From NCBI RefSeq assembly GCF_032191835.1, contig NC_083233.1:25668001-25732000 (forward strand): 64,000 bases of DNA. The letters are read 5' to 3'. The notes under the pieces are model-generated. The model did no database searches. It was given only the letters and a program-made list of their open reading frames with translations, and was not told the DNA's origin. Position numbers and translations under genes: made by a program. Below, in pieces: positions 21,171 through 33,157 of this stretch (positions are counted from its first letter, which is position 1; each line of letters begins with the position of its first letter). Source of the stretch: Heteronotia binoei (Eukaryota).

Positions 21171-23444
21171 TGCCGGCGCCCGCGGCCCACCGCCTCTAGG
21201 GCTGGCTAAACCGGGACCTCTAAATGGTCCCGGTATAGCCAGCCCGGGAGGCGGGAATAGGGGGCCAGAACCGGGACATTCCCGGGCGCCCGGGACGGTC
21301 TGGTCACCCTACCAGAGTTCATTGCTAGTTCAGAGCTAAGCAACAATTTGGATTGCTTTGCTCCGCTAGACCAAGTGATGGGCATAATAAAAGATGTGAC
21401 CTCCTCATTTCTATTTGCTTCTGGCCAAGGAGGCTTCATTCTCCCAGTTGGGCTGGTTTCAGATTTATTTCTTTATTTCATTAAATTGCTAGCTTTTCCT
21501 TAGATGCATGACAGTGCTCAGGGCAGGCTACAACAGTAGATATATCCAATAGATTTAAAACAGTTAAAACATAATCTACGCAATATTAAAAACCTATAAT
21601 ATCAAATAATACAAGATGGCAGTCAGACACAAGTTAACAGATGTTCCCAAAGAACCTTCAGTATGTGTACTCACAGATGAAACCAAATACTGGGCAAGTG
21701 GCAGATAGATGCTATCTAGAGCTCTGGATGGAAGACATCAGCAGCCTGGTTCGTATTTTCTCTATACCCTTCCACTAATTTATGGCTAAAAGAGAAGAAC
21801 AGGGCAAGGGATTCTGGCTGGGTGATCACTGTGAGTAGATGATCAGAGGCAAGACCAAAGAATAAGACTGTTTCTTAATGACCATGAATGATTCTTTGAC
21901 TGGACAAGTCTCCTGAAGGGTGGGGTGTCAGATGAGTGCTCAGATGTGAGGAGCACTTTTTCCTGGGAGAGACTCTTAGGTTTATCCTTTACCAGCTATG
22001 TGGTATGACGCATACAGAACTTCAAAAGGGGAAAGCTTGCCCCATCACTGTGCAGGGTTGCTCTTTTGGAATCCTACTATGGAAAGAAGAAGAAGAAGTT
22101 TTACATGCAACTGAGCTTTATGACTAAAAGAGGGATGACAAAGATCTCCACCATTCTGTAAAAGGTAAATTGCATATGCCCACAGTTTCTGTCAGAGCCG
22201 CAGAGGAAGGGAAGAGGAGATTGAGACCATCAGCCTATACTTAGTGTTGCTAACTGAAACCAAGTTCTCCACATGCTTGTTATCATTTTGGGGGACTTAA
22301 GGATCCATCTTCACTCCTTTTAATGTTAACGACAGCACATCCAGTTATGATTAGTAAAACTGAGTGGGAGATTTGAAGGCTTAAATCCGTTCCCCGCTCC
22401 CTGGAGCCCATTCAGACATAATGGAGAACTGTGCTGGTTGTCATGTCTCTAGTTTGACCCTTATTATTCTTCAGAAACTTAAATTTAACACCATGAGAAG
22501 CTGGACACAGGGGAGTGGGTATTTAACTTACTGGGAAATTTCCCAGTGAGCTGTTGACCTAGTAGACTTCTGGTGGCTAGAAGTAAGCCAAGCCATGTAC
22601 TGGCAAATTGGTCAGTGCTTCAGGGGCCACACAGCTTAGTTGTTCAAGGGTCATTTGTTCTTCCTAGTCAGGGTGGATGATACCAGTGAAGTCCTAGATA
22701 GGTATATAGATTTCTTTTTAAAAAATTACTCATAGTGGCTGTATTATGCGATTCAGTTAATTAGTACACTAAAATGGGAGCTTGAGAGCTTCATATCTGA
22801 AAGCAAAGGATTATTAGCATGAAAACCTTTGGGTTTTACTCCCCTTAGACACATTTACTGTTATAGGTTTTTCAGTGAACATGAAGCTTTACCGTATGAA
22901 ATAACAAACCTGTCCCCCCCCCCCCCAACTTCCCATCCATTTCCTGAAGAATGATAGCCTTACAGGATTCTCTCCTTTTTATTAGTATTATTCTGCTCAG
23001 GGTCCCCCCCCCCCCATTTTTTTGGATCTCACTAAAAGTCGCATTGTTGTTTCACCGTTTTGCAAGATAAGTGAAGAAGAGCTCATTTGTGAAAATTTCA
23101 AAGCACCTCCTAAATCCCTTTTCTATCTGTATTCAGGAGATAAGCAAAGCAGACTGATGGCTTGGAAAAGCTATGAAGGAAGATGTGAGGCGACAGTAAG
23201 ATGCCCTGGCAAATTTGGAGGGGGGATGCACATCATTTCAGGAAGATGCATGGAACGGTGTTCAAGTGGCAAAATGCCATAGATTGAGATAGGGTTTAGG
23301 AAATTCATTGGCTTGACTTTTGAGAGAAGAGCTATTGAGCCAAGGATCCTGAGCTAGTGCGGACAAAACAATTAGCTTTGGTGTGTGTGTGTGATTTTAG
23401 CCACATATGCACTAGGTGTTTTAGGCTAGGGTTGTCAACCTCTA

Positions 23445-23743
23445 AGAACCCCATGGCGCAGAATGGTAAAGCTGCAGTACTGCAGTTCTAAGCTCTGCTC
23501 ACGACCTGAGTTTGATCCCGGCGGAAGCTGGGTTCAAGTAGCCGGCTCAAGGTTGACTATGCTTTCCATCCTTCCAAGGTCTGTAAAATGAGTACCCAGG
23601 TTGCTGGGGAGAAAGTGTAGATGATTGGGGAAGGCAATGGCAAACCACCGCGTAAAAAAGTCTGCCATGAAAACGTTGTGAAAGCAATGTCATCCCAGAG
23701 TTGAAAACGACTGGTGCTTGCACAGAGGACTACCTTTACCTTT
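23445..23743 (+). mobile_element. Sauria SINE (Squam1)
   Basis: Head CCCCATGGCGCAGAATGGTAAAGCTGCAGTACTGCAG, body GGCTCAAGGTTGACT, BovB-like GGCAATGGCAAACCAC, (ACCTTT)n tail. Confidence 0.9.
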
Positions 23744-23973
23744 GTGCCTAAAGGCTAATTAAACCTGTGTTTTACCATGTCATTCAGCTGCTGCTCTGAA
23801 TGTTGAGGAACACAGGAAGAATTACTGACAAATGGCAACACTCCAATATAGTTGTGCCATTTGCAGAGCCAGACAAAGTTCAGCAGAAATATTAGCACAG
23901 TATGAGTGATCTTTGATACTAGGGCTTTACAGTAGTTTTTTCTCCCATGCAGGGACTTGGGAGAGGTCATAAG

Positions 23974-24121
23974 CAGTGTTCCCTCTAAGCTGAGTTAGTG
24001 TGAGCTAGCTCACAGATTTTTAGTCTCCAACTCACACATTTTTGTCTTAGCTCAGGAAGGATGACACCAGAGCACAATAATTTATGCAGTAGCTCACAAG
24101 ACTGCAGCTTAGAGGGAACTG
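23974..24121. mobile_element. hAT-type MITE (CAGTGTTCCCTCTAAGCTG family)
   Basis: TIRs CAGTGTTCCCTCTAAGCTG / CAGCTTAGAGGGAACTG; TSD GTCATAAG / TTCATAAG. Confidence 0.8.
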
Positions 24122-24288
24122 TTCATAAGTAGAATTGTGGATGCCAGAGGTGCTAGTGAGGAAATTAACTGGAGCTGTGTACATGTGTCATGGAGGGACC
24201 TACTCCTTGTCAAAGCTCTTTCCTATCTAGCAGCTGTGGTATGATCATGAACACAGAGCACTGTTGCCTTTCCACTTAGCTGGAGAAG

Positions 24289-24622
24289 AGGAAGAAGAAG
24301 ATATTGGATTTATATCCTGCCCTCCACTCCGAAGAGTCTCAGAGCAGCTCACAATCTCTTTTACTTTCCTCCCTCACAACAGACACCCTGTGAGGTGGGT
24401 GAGGCTGGAGAGGGCTCTCACAGCAGCTGCCCTTTCAAGGACAACCTCTGCCAGAGCTATGGCTGACCCAAGGCCATTCCAGCAGGTGCATGTGGAGGAG
24501 TCGGGAATCAAACCCGGTTCTCCCAGATAAGAGTCCGCACACTTAACCACTACACCACTTAACCCGGTTCTCCCAGATAAGAGTCTGCACACTTAACCAC
24601 TACACACACTTAACCACTCTCT
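24289..24622 (-). mobile_element. Squam3-like SINE with a 50-bp duplication of its 5' head
   Basis: (GAA)n tail at 24289-24300; AACCCGGTTCTCCCAGATAAGAGTCYGCACACTTAACCACTACAC repeated at 24511 and 24561. Confidence 0.88.
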
Positions 24623-24885
24623 GGAGCTGGTGTTAGTTGGAGGCTTTGTATGTGTGGAGTATGTAATTGCTGCTAATTGAAGTGATTTCTGTTGAAGTTT
24701 GTGCAGTATGGTAGGTGGAGGGAGGCTCAGTAACTTCATATACATTCTTACTGTAAATTCACTTTCTGCTCATTGGGTGGTCTGGTTTGCGGTGTTGGAA
24801 GTGCCATATCCATGCAGACATCACCATGAACAGTTTTTATTGTATTGCTGGTAGGAACCAACATATATTGAGACTGGTTGCAGCG

Positions 24886-25066
24886 CAGGGCTCTTTATCT
24901 AGCAGGAGCTCCTCTGCATATTAGGCCACGCCCCCTGATGTAGCCAATCCTTTAAGAGCTTAGTGGGTTCTTAGTACAGGGCCTACTGTAAGCTCCAGGA
25001 GGATTGGCTACATCAGGGGAGCATGGCCTAACATACAGAGGAGCTCCTGCTAGAAAAAGAGCCCTG
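24886..25066. mobile_element. Palindromic hAT-type MITE (same family as 1299-1487)
   Basis: TIRs CAGGGCTCTTT / AAAGAGCCCTG; internal symmetric GCATATTAGGCCACGCCCCCTGATGTAGCCAATCC. Confidence 0.8.
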
Positions 25067-25668
25067 GGAGACATCACCAAGGTATCAGAGCCTAGAACGA
25101 GGGCTCTTTTGTGACCAGTTGGGAGCATAACGGTTCTGTGCTTCAGTTTCCTGCAAACATCACAATTATGCTTTCAAGTGGTGGCTGCTGCTTCAACTGA
25201 GGGTGATTTTTAAAGTATAATGTTAAAAGCTAGATGATGATGCCTGCCAGTTACTAGCTCACTGGCTGGAAAAGACCATTGTCATAGCCAGTAATTCTGA
25301 GGCAAGAGGCTTTGTGAGAAGGTAGAGCTTTTCACATCCTTGCCTTTCTCTTCTGGGTGGGTATAGAGCAACCCTTCAGCTCTTCCTTTTGACCTGTTGT
25401 GCAGCTATTAAAGTTAGAGCCTTGGCCTATTGGTTTCTACTCCTGATGCCCATTGCTATTTTGTAGAGAGATGCAGAGGTAGTGGACTGACAAAGAAACA
25501 CAGTATCTCAGGATAATTGCCTACAGATTTCAACTGTAGAGATAAATCCTGCAGGTTTCTACAAGTCTCCGCCAAGCTTTTAAACAAACCCTCCTTTCTA
25601 ACAAAATCAAACATTCTCAAAGGAAGTTATAGTAATTAAAATCCAATACAAATACTGTAAGCTATTAG

Positions 25669-25848
25669 CAGGGTGTTTTTTTTAGCAGGAACTCCTTTGC
25701 ATATTAGGCCGCACACCTCTGATGTAGCCAATCCTCCTAGAGCTTACAGTAGGTCCTGTACTAAGAGCCTTGTAAGCTCTTGAAGGGTTGACTACATCTG
25801 GGGTGTGTGGCCTCATATGCAAAGGAGTTCCTGCCACAAGAAAACCTG
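25669..25848. mobile_element. Palindromic hAT-type MITE
   Basis: Perfect 8-bp TSD GCTATTAG (25661-25668, 25849-25856); same family as 1299-1487. Confidence 0.85.
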
Positions 25849-26112
25849 GCTATTAGTAAGAGCTGGTGTGGTGGCTATAATGTCCAACTAGTATTTGGAT
25901 GATCCAGGTTAAAATGCCTGCAACTCCGAGGAAACTTGGTGGGTGGCTGTGGACCGCTCACATTCTCTGCCCAACCTACTTTACAAGGTTTTAGTTCCAT
26001 CAGGCCTTGTTAATGGTGGTGGGTAGCTGATAAGAGTGACGCTCCCAATGCAGTTGGTTCAGCCATGGTGAAAGAATAATATGTTCACCTTGCCCTGCAG
26101 AAGTGAAGGTCT

Positions 26113-26500
26113 ATAAGAACATAAAGAAAAACCCTGCTGTATGGGACCAGTGGCTCATCTAGTCTAGGAATACAATGACCAATAAGCATGGCATGGAGAC
26201 CAAGATCTTCCCCTGACGATGCTTCCTAGTGCTGTTATTCAGGGGTTCCCTTTACTTATCACTGCTAGAGTCTCATGTTTACACATGCCTACATCTTCAT
26301 TTACACATGAAGTTGCCTTATACTGATCATTGGTTTCATCTAACATGTGTTGTCTATTTCAGCTAGCAATTGCTGTCCAGGGTTCTAGGCTCAGAAAAGG
26401 CTTTTCCCAGTACCTAAAACTTGAGAATCCTTTATCTGGATATGCCAGGAACTGAACTCAGAACTGTTCTCCATGCACAGGTTATGTTTCAACACAGAGG
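26113..26500 (-). mobile_element. Degenerate CR1 tail (26113-26250) and Squam2-like SINE (26290-26500)
   Basis: TATAAGAACATAAAGAAAAACCCTGCTG...; GAAGTTGCCTTATACTGATC...GCCAGGAACTGAACTCAGAAC. Confidence 0.55.
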
Positions 26501-28245
26501 GAGCCGGCTCTTTCCCTCCCATTTTCCAGTGGAACCATACGACCTAACTTCTACCACAGTCTAGAGTGGAAGACATTCCTGGATAAGGACCTAAATTTTA
26601 AGAAGAAACATACAAGAGTGGCCATCACAATAACAGAGATGACTGTTCCAAAAGTGCATTGGGTTCATGATAAGGGCTGTATCTGCTGTGGGAAGGAGAG
26701 GACTTCATGAGTTCTGATTTGTTTCTCTTTGAAAACTGAGCATTACCTCTGCCAGACATTTCAAAGAGCAATCCTAACCAGTTGTAATCACAATCCAACT
26801 CAGGTCTATTCCCAGGAAAAATCTTGTTAGGCTTGCACTGTCAGCAGTTTTAGGGTCCTCAAAATAGTCCTACTTAGCAAATGCAATGTTGACTTTGATA
26901 GAAAAGTAAGATCAAGGTCAGAGATATGGATGATTCATGCTTGGAAATTAATCGGACGTTACCTTAGTCAGTGGAAAAGTTATTTAAATTTCGATGCAAG
27001 ATTGTCATCTTTAGTTAGAAAACTCACTTCAGCAAAATTCCGGATGTGTGGCTGAAAGTGTTTTTCCAACTACACTTTTGAAATTAAGTGCAAAGATGTG
27101 AACTAAGCCTAGGACAATGGCAATAGAGGGTCAATACTGCTAAATTAATTTCAAGTTTTTTGGGAAATATAGCTTGTAGATAGTCATCAATAGCATCTGC
27201 AAGGCAGAAGCAAGAAAAAGATTGTACAGTTCATCTAGCTTTGGTTACTGAACTCTGAATCATCAGTTGGTGGCTTTGGCATTGGCGACTCAGTCTTCCC
27301 TTGAAGTTGGACATGAGGGGATAGTCTGGAGACAGGCAAAACAGGTGTCATGCCATTAACTGTGAATAATTTTAACTAGTTAAATAATTTTTTTTAATGC
27401 AGTTGGATATTTCTTACAATAGCAGTTGGAATTATTTTTTCTGTTTAAATTGTTGTTACAAGTTGATACAAATATCCTGAGCTGTAGATTTAATTTAAGT
27501 GTTAACTATTAATAATCTTTTGTTTATTTTTTTGCATTTAATTCCATTATGCCTCCCCCTTTCCTTATTTCATGTTAGATTAATGGTGGTTTATAGGAAC
27601 TCTACTGTTTTGCAACAATCAATTTCCTAAGCCCAGAACTCCTGCTTCTGTAACCAAATATCTGTCTTATAATTTCATCTTGATTTGTAACTTGCATGCC
27701 TTGTACAACCCCAGTAAAGCTGGTAAATGCTAAAAGTAGTCCTTTTTGTGACTGAGAGATGGCAGGCTTGCTGGGAAGTAAAGCTTGAAGCTGTTGGTAG
27801 TGTGTAGTAGATGTTTAGTAGATACTGTAGAAGATGTGTAGTAGATACTGGATTCTGGAATTATATGTGTATATAAGAAGTTATATATGCATATATGTAT
27901 ACATCATGTCAGGCCAATGATCCACCCAACCCAGTATTTTCTATTCTTAGTGTGTGTCAGGTAGAGAACTGTTTCCAAGCATTTGCTACCAGGGAATGAA
28001 TCTGGGACCTTTTCTGTGCAAAGTATGTGCTCAACCACAGAGATATGGCCCTCTCTGTTGGCCTATGGAGTCACATCATGAGAAGGCAAGAGTCTCTGGG
28101 AAAGACAAGAACGCAAGGAAAAGCTGAAGGCAGTAGGGAAAAGAGAAAGATCTAATACAAGATATTGACCCAGTAAGACCTGAGAAAGCCTGTTAAAGAT
28201 AAGACATGTTGGAGGGCATTAATTCATAGGGTTACTGTATTGTCA

Positions 28246-28513
28246 GAAGAAAAAGAAGAATTGCAGATTTATACTCTGCCCTTCTCCCTGAATCAGAGAC
28301 TCAGAGTGGCTTACAATCTCCTTTATTTTCTTCCCCCACAATGGACACCCTGTGAGGTGGGTAGGGCTGAGAGGGCTCTCACAGAGAGGGCTCTACCAGA
28401 GCTATGGCTAACCCAAGGCCATTCCAGCGGGTGCAAGTGGAGGAGTGGGGAATCAAACCTGGTTCTCCCAGATAAGAGTCCACATACTTAACCACTAAAC
28501 CAAACTGGCTCTC
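28246..28513 (-). mobile_element. Squam3-like SINE
   Basis: (GAA)n tail; ends CACATACTTAACCACTAAACCAAACTGGCTCTC. Confidence 0.88.
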
Positions 28514-29547
28514 CCAGTGGCTTGATGGTACATAACACACACAGACTTGGCCTTTGGGGTCCTTCAAGTAATGCAAACTTCCTAAGCAAACATATAATCT
28601 CTTTTATTGAATGGCAGTGATGGGTCAGTTGTTAGTGGTGCTCAGCTGGTGGTCATGCTAGCTTAATATAGTCTACTTTGGTTGTGGGTCCACAGAGTGT
28701 CAGGTAGGAAAAGGTATCTTACCACCACTGTGTCAGAGAAGCCAACGGCTCACCTTGAGGGTTCCTACAGCAAAAGTGCAGAAGAACCAGACTGTTGTTA
28801 AAAATAATTATAAAATGTATTTATGAAATACTGATAAAGAAAAAAAATGATCACCAACAAATTACTCTGAAGTCATACAGAACAGAAGACAATAAAGCTA
28901 GCTCCAACTACTTGGCCCTCAGAAGAACCACGCTAGGTGGCACAAATCTTTGTTTTGGTAGGAAGGTCTCAAATCAGCATGCTCTACATCTGTAGCAATT
29001 GCAAAACATAGTCATGGCCTACAGTCTCAGCTAGCCTCCTCTATCCCTGGGCCATAGTTTGAATCTGAGTTTCTGGCCCTGAACATCAGGCAATGATGAC
29101 ATCCAATCAAAACCTGTCTCCAAGCGAACTTTCTGAAAAATTACCTCACCGCTCTTAACCTTCTTTCTCCCATCACAGATCACCTTTGCCTCAGAATCCA
29201 AGTACCAAGCTTCCATCCATGACCTTGAAGATTATAAGAGACATGCAAGCTGAAACTAATTAACAACACCTGCATGACTGTTCAGGCTCAATACCATCTA
29301 TATTAACTCTTGAGGGGAAACGGGGGTGGGGGAAGGTGCTTACTTACTTGAAACCTTTTATATAAAAATTCCAGGGATGAAACTTGAGATCCTCTGCATG
29401 CAATGCATGAGTTCTGCTCCTAAGATATGAGTTCTCCAAGAGACAGTTTTTTGTGATGAGTATAATTCTGTCTGTTCTTCATTCTAATTTGTCAAATCCT
29501 TAACTGTTATTTGTCTGGTCAAAGGCGGGTCCTATTTCACTTCTATC

Positions 29548-30012
29548 CAGGCTTCAGATTCAGCAGGAGCTCACAGGAGCACAGCTCCTTTACCTTTTTG
29601 ATGGTTCCCTCTCTTCCTCCCCACCTACCTTGTCCATTGAATAGTAGGTGCAGTTTGCATAACAATCCCTGGATTAGGAGAGTGGACAGCAAGCCAGCCA
29701 CCAGAGGCTTTGCCACACCCCCAGCAGCCCTCATTAACCCCTGGAGAAGCCTGTGCCACCCTTTCTCCACTTCTTATGTGATTTTGGGCAGCAGGTGGCT
29801 TGCTGGCCTTTTGACTGGGGAGGCAACCCAAGAGAGCCCCAAGCAAGTGAGGCCTGCTTGGGCTGGCTGGATCTCTAGCCATCCCAAGCAGTCTTCGCTC
29901 GCCCGGGGCTCTCCTTTTTTGCATTCGGTTGCTTTTGGCTGGGTAATGGTGTCATATGTTAATGAGTTATGCTAATGAGCTCTGCCATCTCTTTTTCTAC
30001 AAAACAACCCCG
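29548..30012. mobile_element. hAT-type MITE
   Basis: Ends CAGGCTTCAG / CAACCCCG with degenerate TSD CTTCTATC / CTTCTTTT; internal GAGCTC and ATGCTAATGAG motifs related to other MITEs here. Confidence 0.5.
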
Positions 30013-30524
30013 CTTCTTTTGTATGACAGGAAGAACAACTGAATCTTCTGTTTGCCTTCCATCAAAAAAACTTGTAGAGAGCCTCTGTACTATCAACCCA
30101 GAGTTTTAAGCACTGTAGGCCTGTGTGATTTGCAGTCCCATAAACTCTAAAAAACTCAATCATGGCTTTTTATATATATAATTGAAAAGCAAATAATTGA
30201 CGGCAATGTCAGTCTGAGGAATTGCTTCAAAACCTCAGAGATATAAATATCTCCAATGCAGTAAGCTAGCGCTGCATGGCTTGTGTTAATAAAAGTCTCA
30301 GAATAAGGCGACATTATTTTTAAATGGTAAAAAGAAGAAAAAAAAAACCCTTTCCAATTATCATACCATCAGGGAGCTGAGCAAAATCCCCAGACTTTTT
30401 CCATCTTGCAATGAAGGCCCTGCTTGTAAACTTCCTGGAAGAATTTGGCTGGTCACTCTTGGAAACAAGAGAGATTTTGCTCGTATTTCCCCTCCAATTA
30501 AAATTCAAAGATGTTTTCTTCTGC

Positions 30525-30718
30525 TAGGATTGCCAGCCTCCAGGTGGGTCCTGGAGATCTGCCCCTTTTACAGCTGCCCTGGAGAAAATGGCTGCTTTGA
30601 AGGGTGGACTCTATGGCATTGTACCATGCTGAGGCCCCTCCCCTCCCCAAACCCCACCCTCTCCTGGATCCACCCCCAAAGTCTCCAGGTATTTTCCAAC
30701 ACAGACCTGGTAACTGTA
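30525..30718. mobile_element. Short TAGGGTTGCCA-family hAT MITE
   Basis: Ends TAGGATTGCCAG / CTGGTAACTGTA; perfect 8-bp TSD TCTTCTGC (30517-30524, 30719-30726). Confidence 0.85.
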
Positions 30719-30895
30719 TCTTCTGCAGACAAAACCAAGCTGTAGAAGGTCATTTATGTTAGCAAAGTTGAATGCATTGCCATCTGCACTTGATTTGATT
30801 TATTACATTTATATCCTGCCCTCCCTGCCGAAGCAGGCTCAGGGTGGCTTGTAACGGGAAGATATCAAAATATACAATTTTCTGGTAGATTATTT

Positions 30896-31142
30896 TCATA
30901 AGAACATAAGAGAAGCCATGTTGGATCAGGCCAGTGGCCCATCCAGTCCAACAATCTGCCACCCAGTGGCCTAAAAAAACAGGTGCCATCAGGAGGTCCA
31001 GCAGTGAGGCCAGGACACTAGAAGCCTTCCCATTGTTGCCCCCCAAGCACCGAAAGATCATATGCCCTAGATAGAGAGTTCCATCTATACCTTCTGACTA
31101 ATAGCCATTGATGGACCTCTGCTCCATATGTTTATCCTATCT
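30896..31142 (-). mobile_element. CR1-type LINE 3' end (TTCTTATG tail)
   Basis: CATAAGAACATAAGAGAAGCCATGTTGGATCAGGCCAGTGGCCCATCCAGTCC...TAGCCATTGATGGACCTCTGCTCCAT. Confidence 0.8.
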
Positions 31143-31723
31143 GAAGTTCAGATTGGATGGACTCTATTGACCATATATATTAGATTGTCCTGGTGGGGGT
31201 TTTTTTTGTTCAGTTTTAAGATCTGATCTTAGGCCCTTCAATCTGAACCGATGAACTCAGATTCTTTCTATTCTTTCTTACTGAAAGAAGACACTTGTAT
31301 CCACATATTTGTTTTATGTCTGCAATTGTCTGAGTTTTTTGAACTTTATTAAATCCCTTTGATGTGATTTTCAGTAGCAAATATTCTAGCATTTGAACAA
31401 TGTTGCCAATTCCCCCCCCCCCAGCAAGATCTCTATGTGGAGTTCCAGTATCAAGATCCCAAGCCATCATATGATGCCTAAAATGATTACCAGGTGCCTA
31501 AAATGTTACTACTCAAATGGTGCTGCACAACCTATCATATGGGGTTAAGGAAGATGCAGATGTGTAGTGAAGAAGGGGGGCACAGCATCTTAGCTGAGTA
31601 CTTATTATGTGCTGCATGACCCATCTTCATGGCTCTGACTCAGCTTGAGATGCCAGTGCTGAGATACAGTGGACCTTTATGGCCAAGGTATGCCTATTGA
31701 GTGTGCAAGGTAGGTGTCATGAG

Positions 31724-32160
31724 CAATGTTCCCTGTAAGCTGCGGAGTCTTGTGAGCGAAAATTCTACTTGGTGAGTGTGAAGGAAGTGAGGTGCGGATA
31801 CAGCCCCTTGAAGGAGAGCCGCCCCTAGGTGTGGGGAAGGAGGATTTAAGCACACAGCTTCAAGTGATTGGGGCAGTGATCAGGAAAGGCAAGGGGAGTG
31901 GGCACACTATGTCCCCGGGCTGAAAGCACAACTGTAGCAGGGAAAGTGGAGAATAAACAGCAAACAAGAAAACGGCGAGCCTGACTCATTCATTCTTCCA
32001 CACTGAGCTCCCGGCATTAAAGTTGCAAGCGAGTGATTTGGCTACTGCACAAATTAGTTTGCTCTGGGGCCATTCTCCCTGGGCTAAGACAAAAATGCGT
32101 GAGCTGAAGATTAAAAAACTGTGAGCTAGATCACGCTAACTCAGTTTGGAGGGAACACTG
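31724..32160. mobile_element. hAT-type MITE (CAGTGTTCCC family, long variant)
   Basis: TIRs CAATGTTCCCTGTAAGCTG / CAGTTTGGAGGGAACACTG; TSD GTCATGAG / GTCATAAG. Confidence 0.8.
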
Positions 32161-32964
32161 GTCATAAGCTAGATGTTGCCTACTCCATGCGTTCCACCTT
32201 TGAAAAAGATGCTGGGGGAAATGCTATGGCCAGGCCTGTAGCCAGGGTTTTCTTTCATTGGGGCATTTACATTTCTTAGGGGTACTGAAGAAAAGAAAAA
32301 AGTGATACTTGAGACAAATGGCTGTAATGGGTGGGGAGGGGGGGGGGAAGAGAAGAGAAACCCAGTCAGGAGGCTTCTCTGGAAGAGTATCATTAATAAA
32401 CGGGTGAGGATGACCTCTCACTCCCTCACTGATGCCAGTTGCCACATAGACAAAGTAGAAGGAGGAGGAAGAGAGAAGAGGAAAAGGGAGGCCAGCAGCA
32501 ACTGCTGGGGAAGCCACCAGGGCCTCTGAGGGCTCTGTGGCCACTGCATGGTCCAGGCCCTCCTCACTGCCTCAGCTGCTGCTGCCACCAACTTGGATGC
32601 TATCTGACTGAGAGAAATCGGCTGAGGTGGCTCTGGTTCCTGCTGCTGCTGCTGGTGCCTTGCTCAGCACCAGGGGTCTGTCCGCAAGCTCTTCTCGTTG
32701 CAGCCATAAGTGTTTGATGGCTCTAGTGCACATGCTCGATTGCAAGCCGAGGAAAGAGCCGAGGGTGTTATTTAGTTTGCAGTTCATTCGCCAGTGCCAG
32801 CCAGCATGGAGATGGAAACAGCCAACAGGTTGAGTTTTCTTGAATGAAAACTTGTAGGGCATGGCTGGAAAGTCAGGGGCGTGGCCATGAGATGCCCCAC
32901 CATGGTTATGGGCCCAGCTACAGCATTTGAAAAAGATGCTCTCCAATACTCTCCAATACATCTC

Positions 32965-33157
32965 CAATACTCCCTTTAAGCTGTGGATTCTTGTGAGCAA
33001 AAATTCTCCTTCATGAGCTACTGGCATCAAAGTTGTGAGCTTCTGCATAAATTAGTGTGCTGTGGGGCCATCCTTCCTGAGCTAAGACAAAAACGTGTAA
33101 GCTGGAGGCTAAAAAAACTGCACTAGCTCACACTAACTCAGCTTAGAGGGAACACTG
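32965..33157. mobile_element. hAT-type MITE (CAGTGTTCCC family)
   Basis: Right TIR CTCAGCTTAGAGGGAACACTG is clear; left end is degenerate (CAATACTCCCTTTAAGCTG). Confidence 0.7.

Larger units (their letters stand above)
16835..21311. mobile_element. Composite non-autonomous hAT-type element, ~4.5 kb including the gap
   Basis: TIRs TAGGGTGACCA (16835) / TGGTCACCCTA (21301-21311). The flanking direct repeat ACCAGAGTT (16827-16835, 21311-21319) overlaps the terminal T/A, i.e. a 7- or 9-bp TSD. No transposase ORF seen. Confidence 0.75.

Noticed and set aside
23136-23194. Small + strand exon (strong acceptor, GTAAGA donor); likewise a 24-nt minus-strand microexon near 27027-27050
   Set aside because: Splice-like signals alone, with no recognisable protein or partner exons.
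23445-23520. tRNA genes (also the Squam2/Squam3 heads)
   Set aside because: A/B boxes only, no complete cloverleaf; they continue into SINE bodies.
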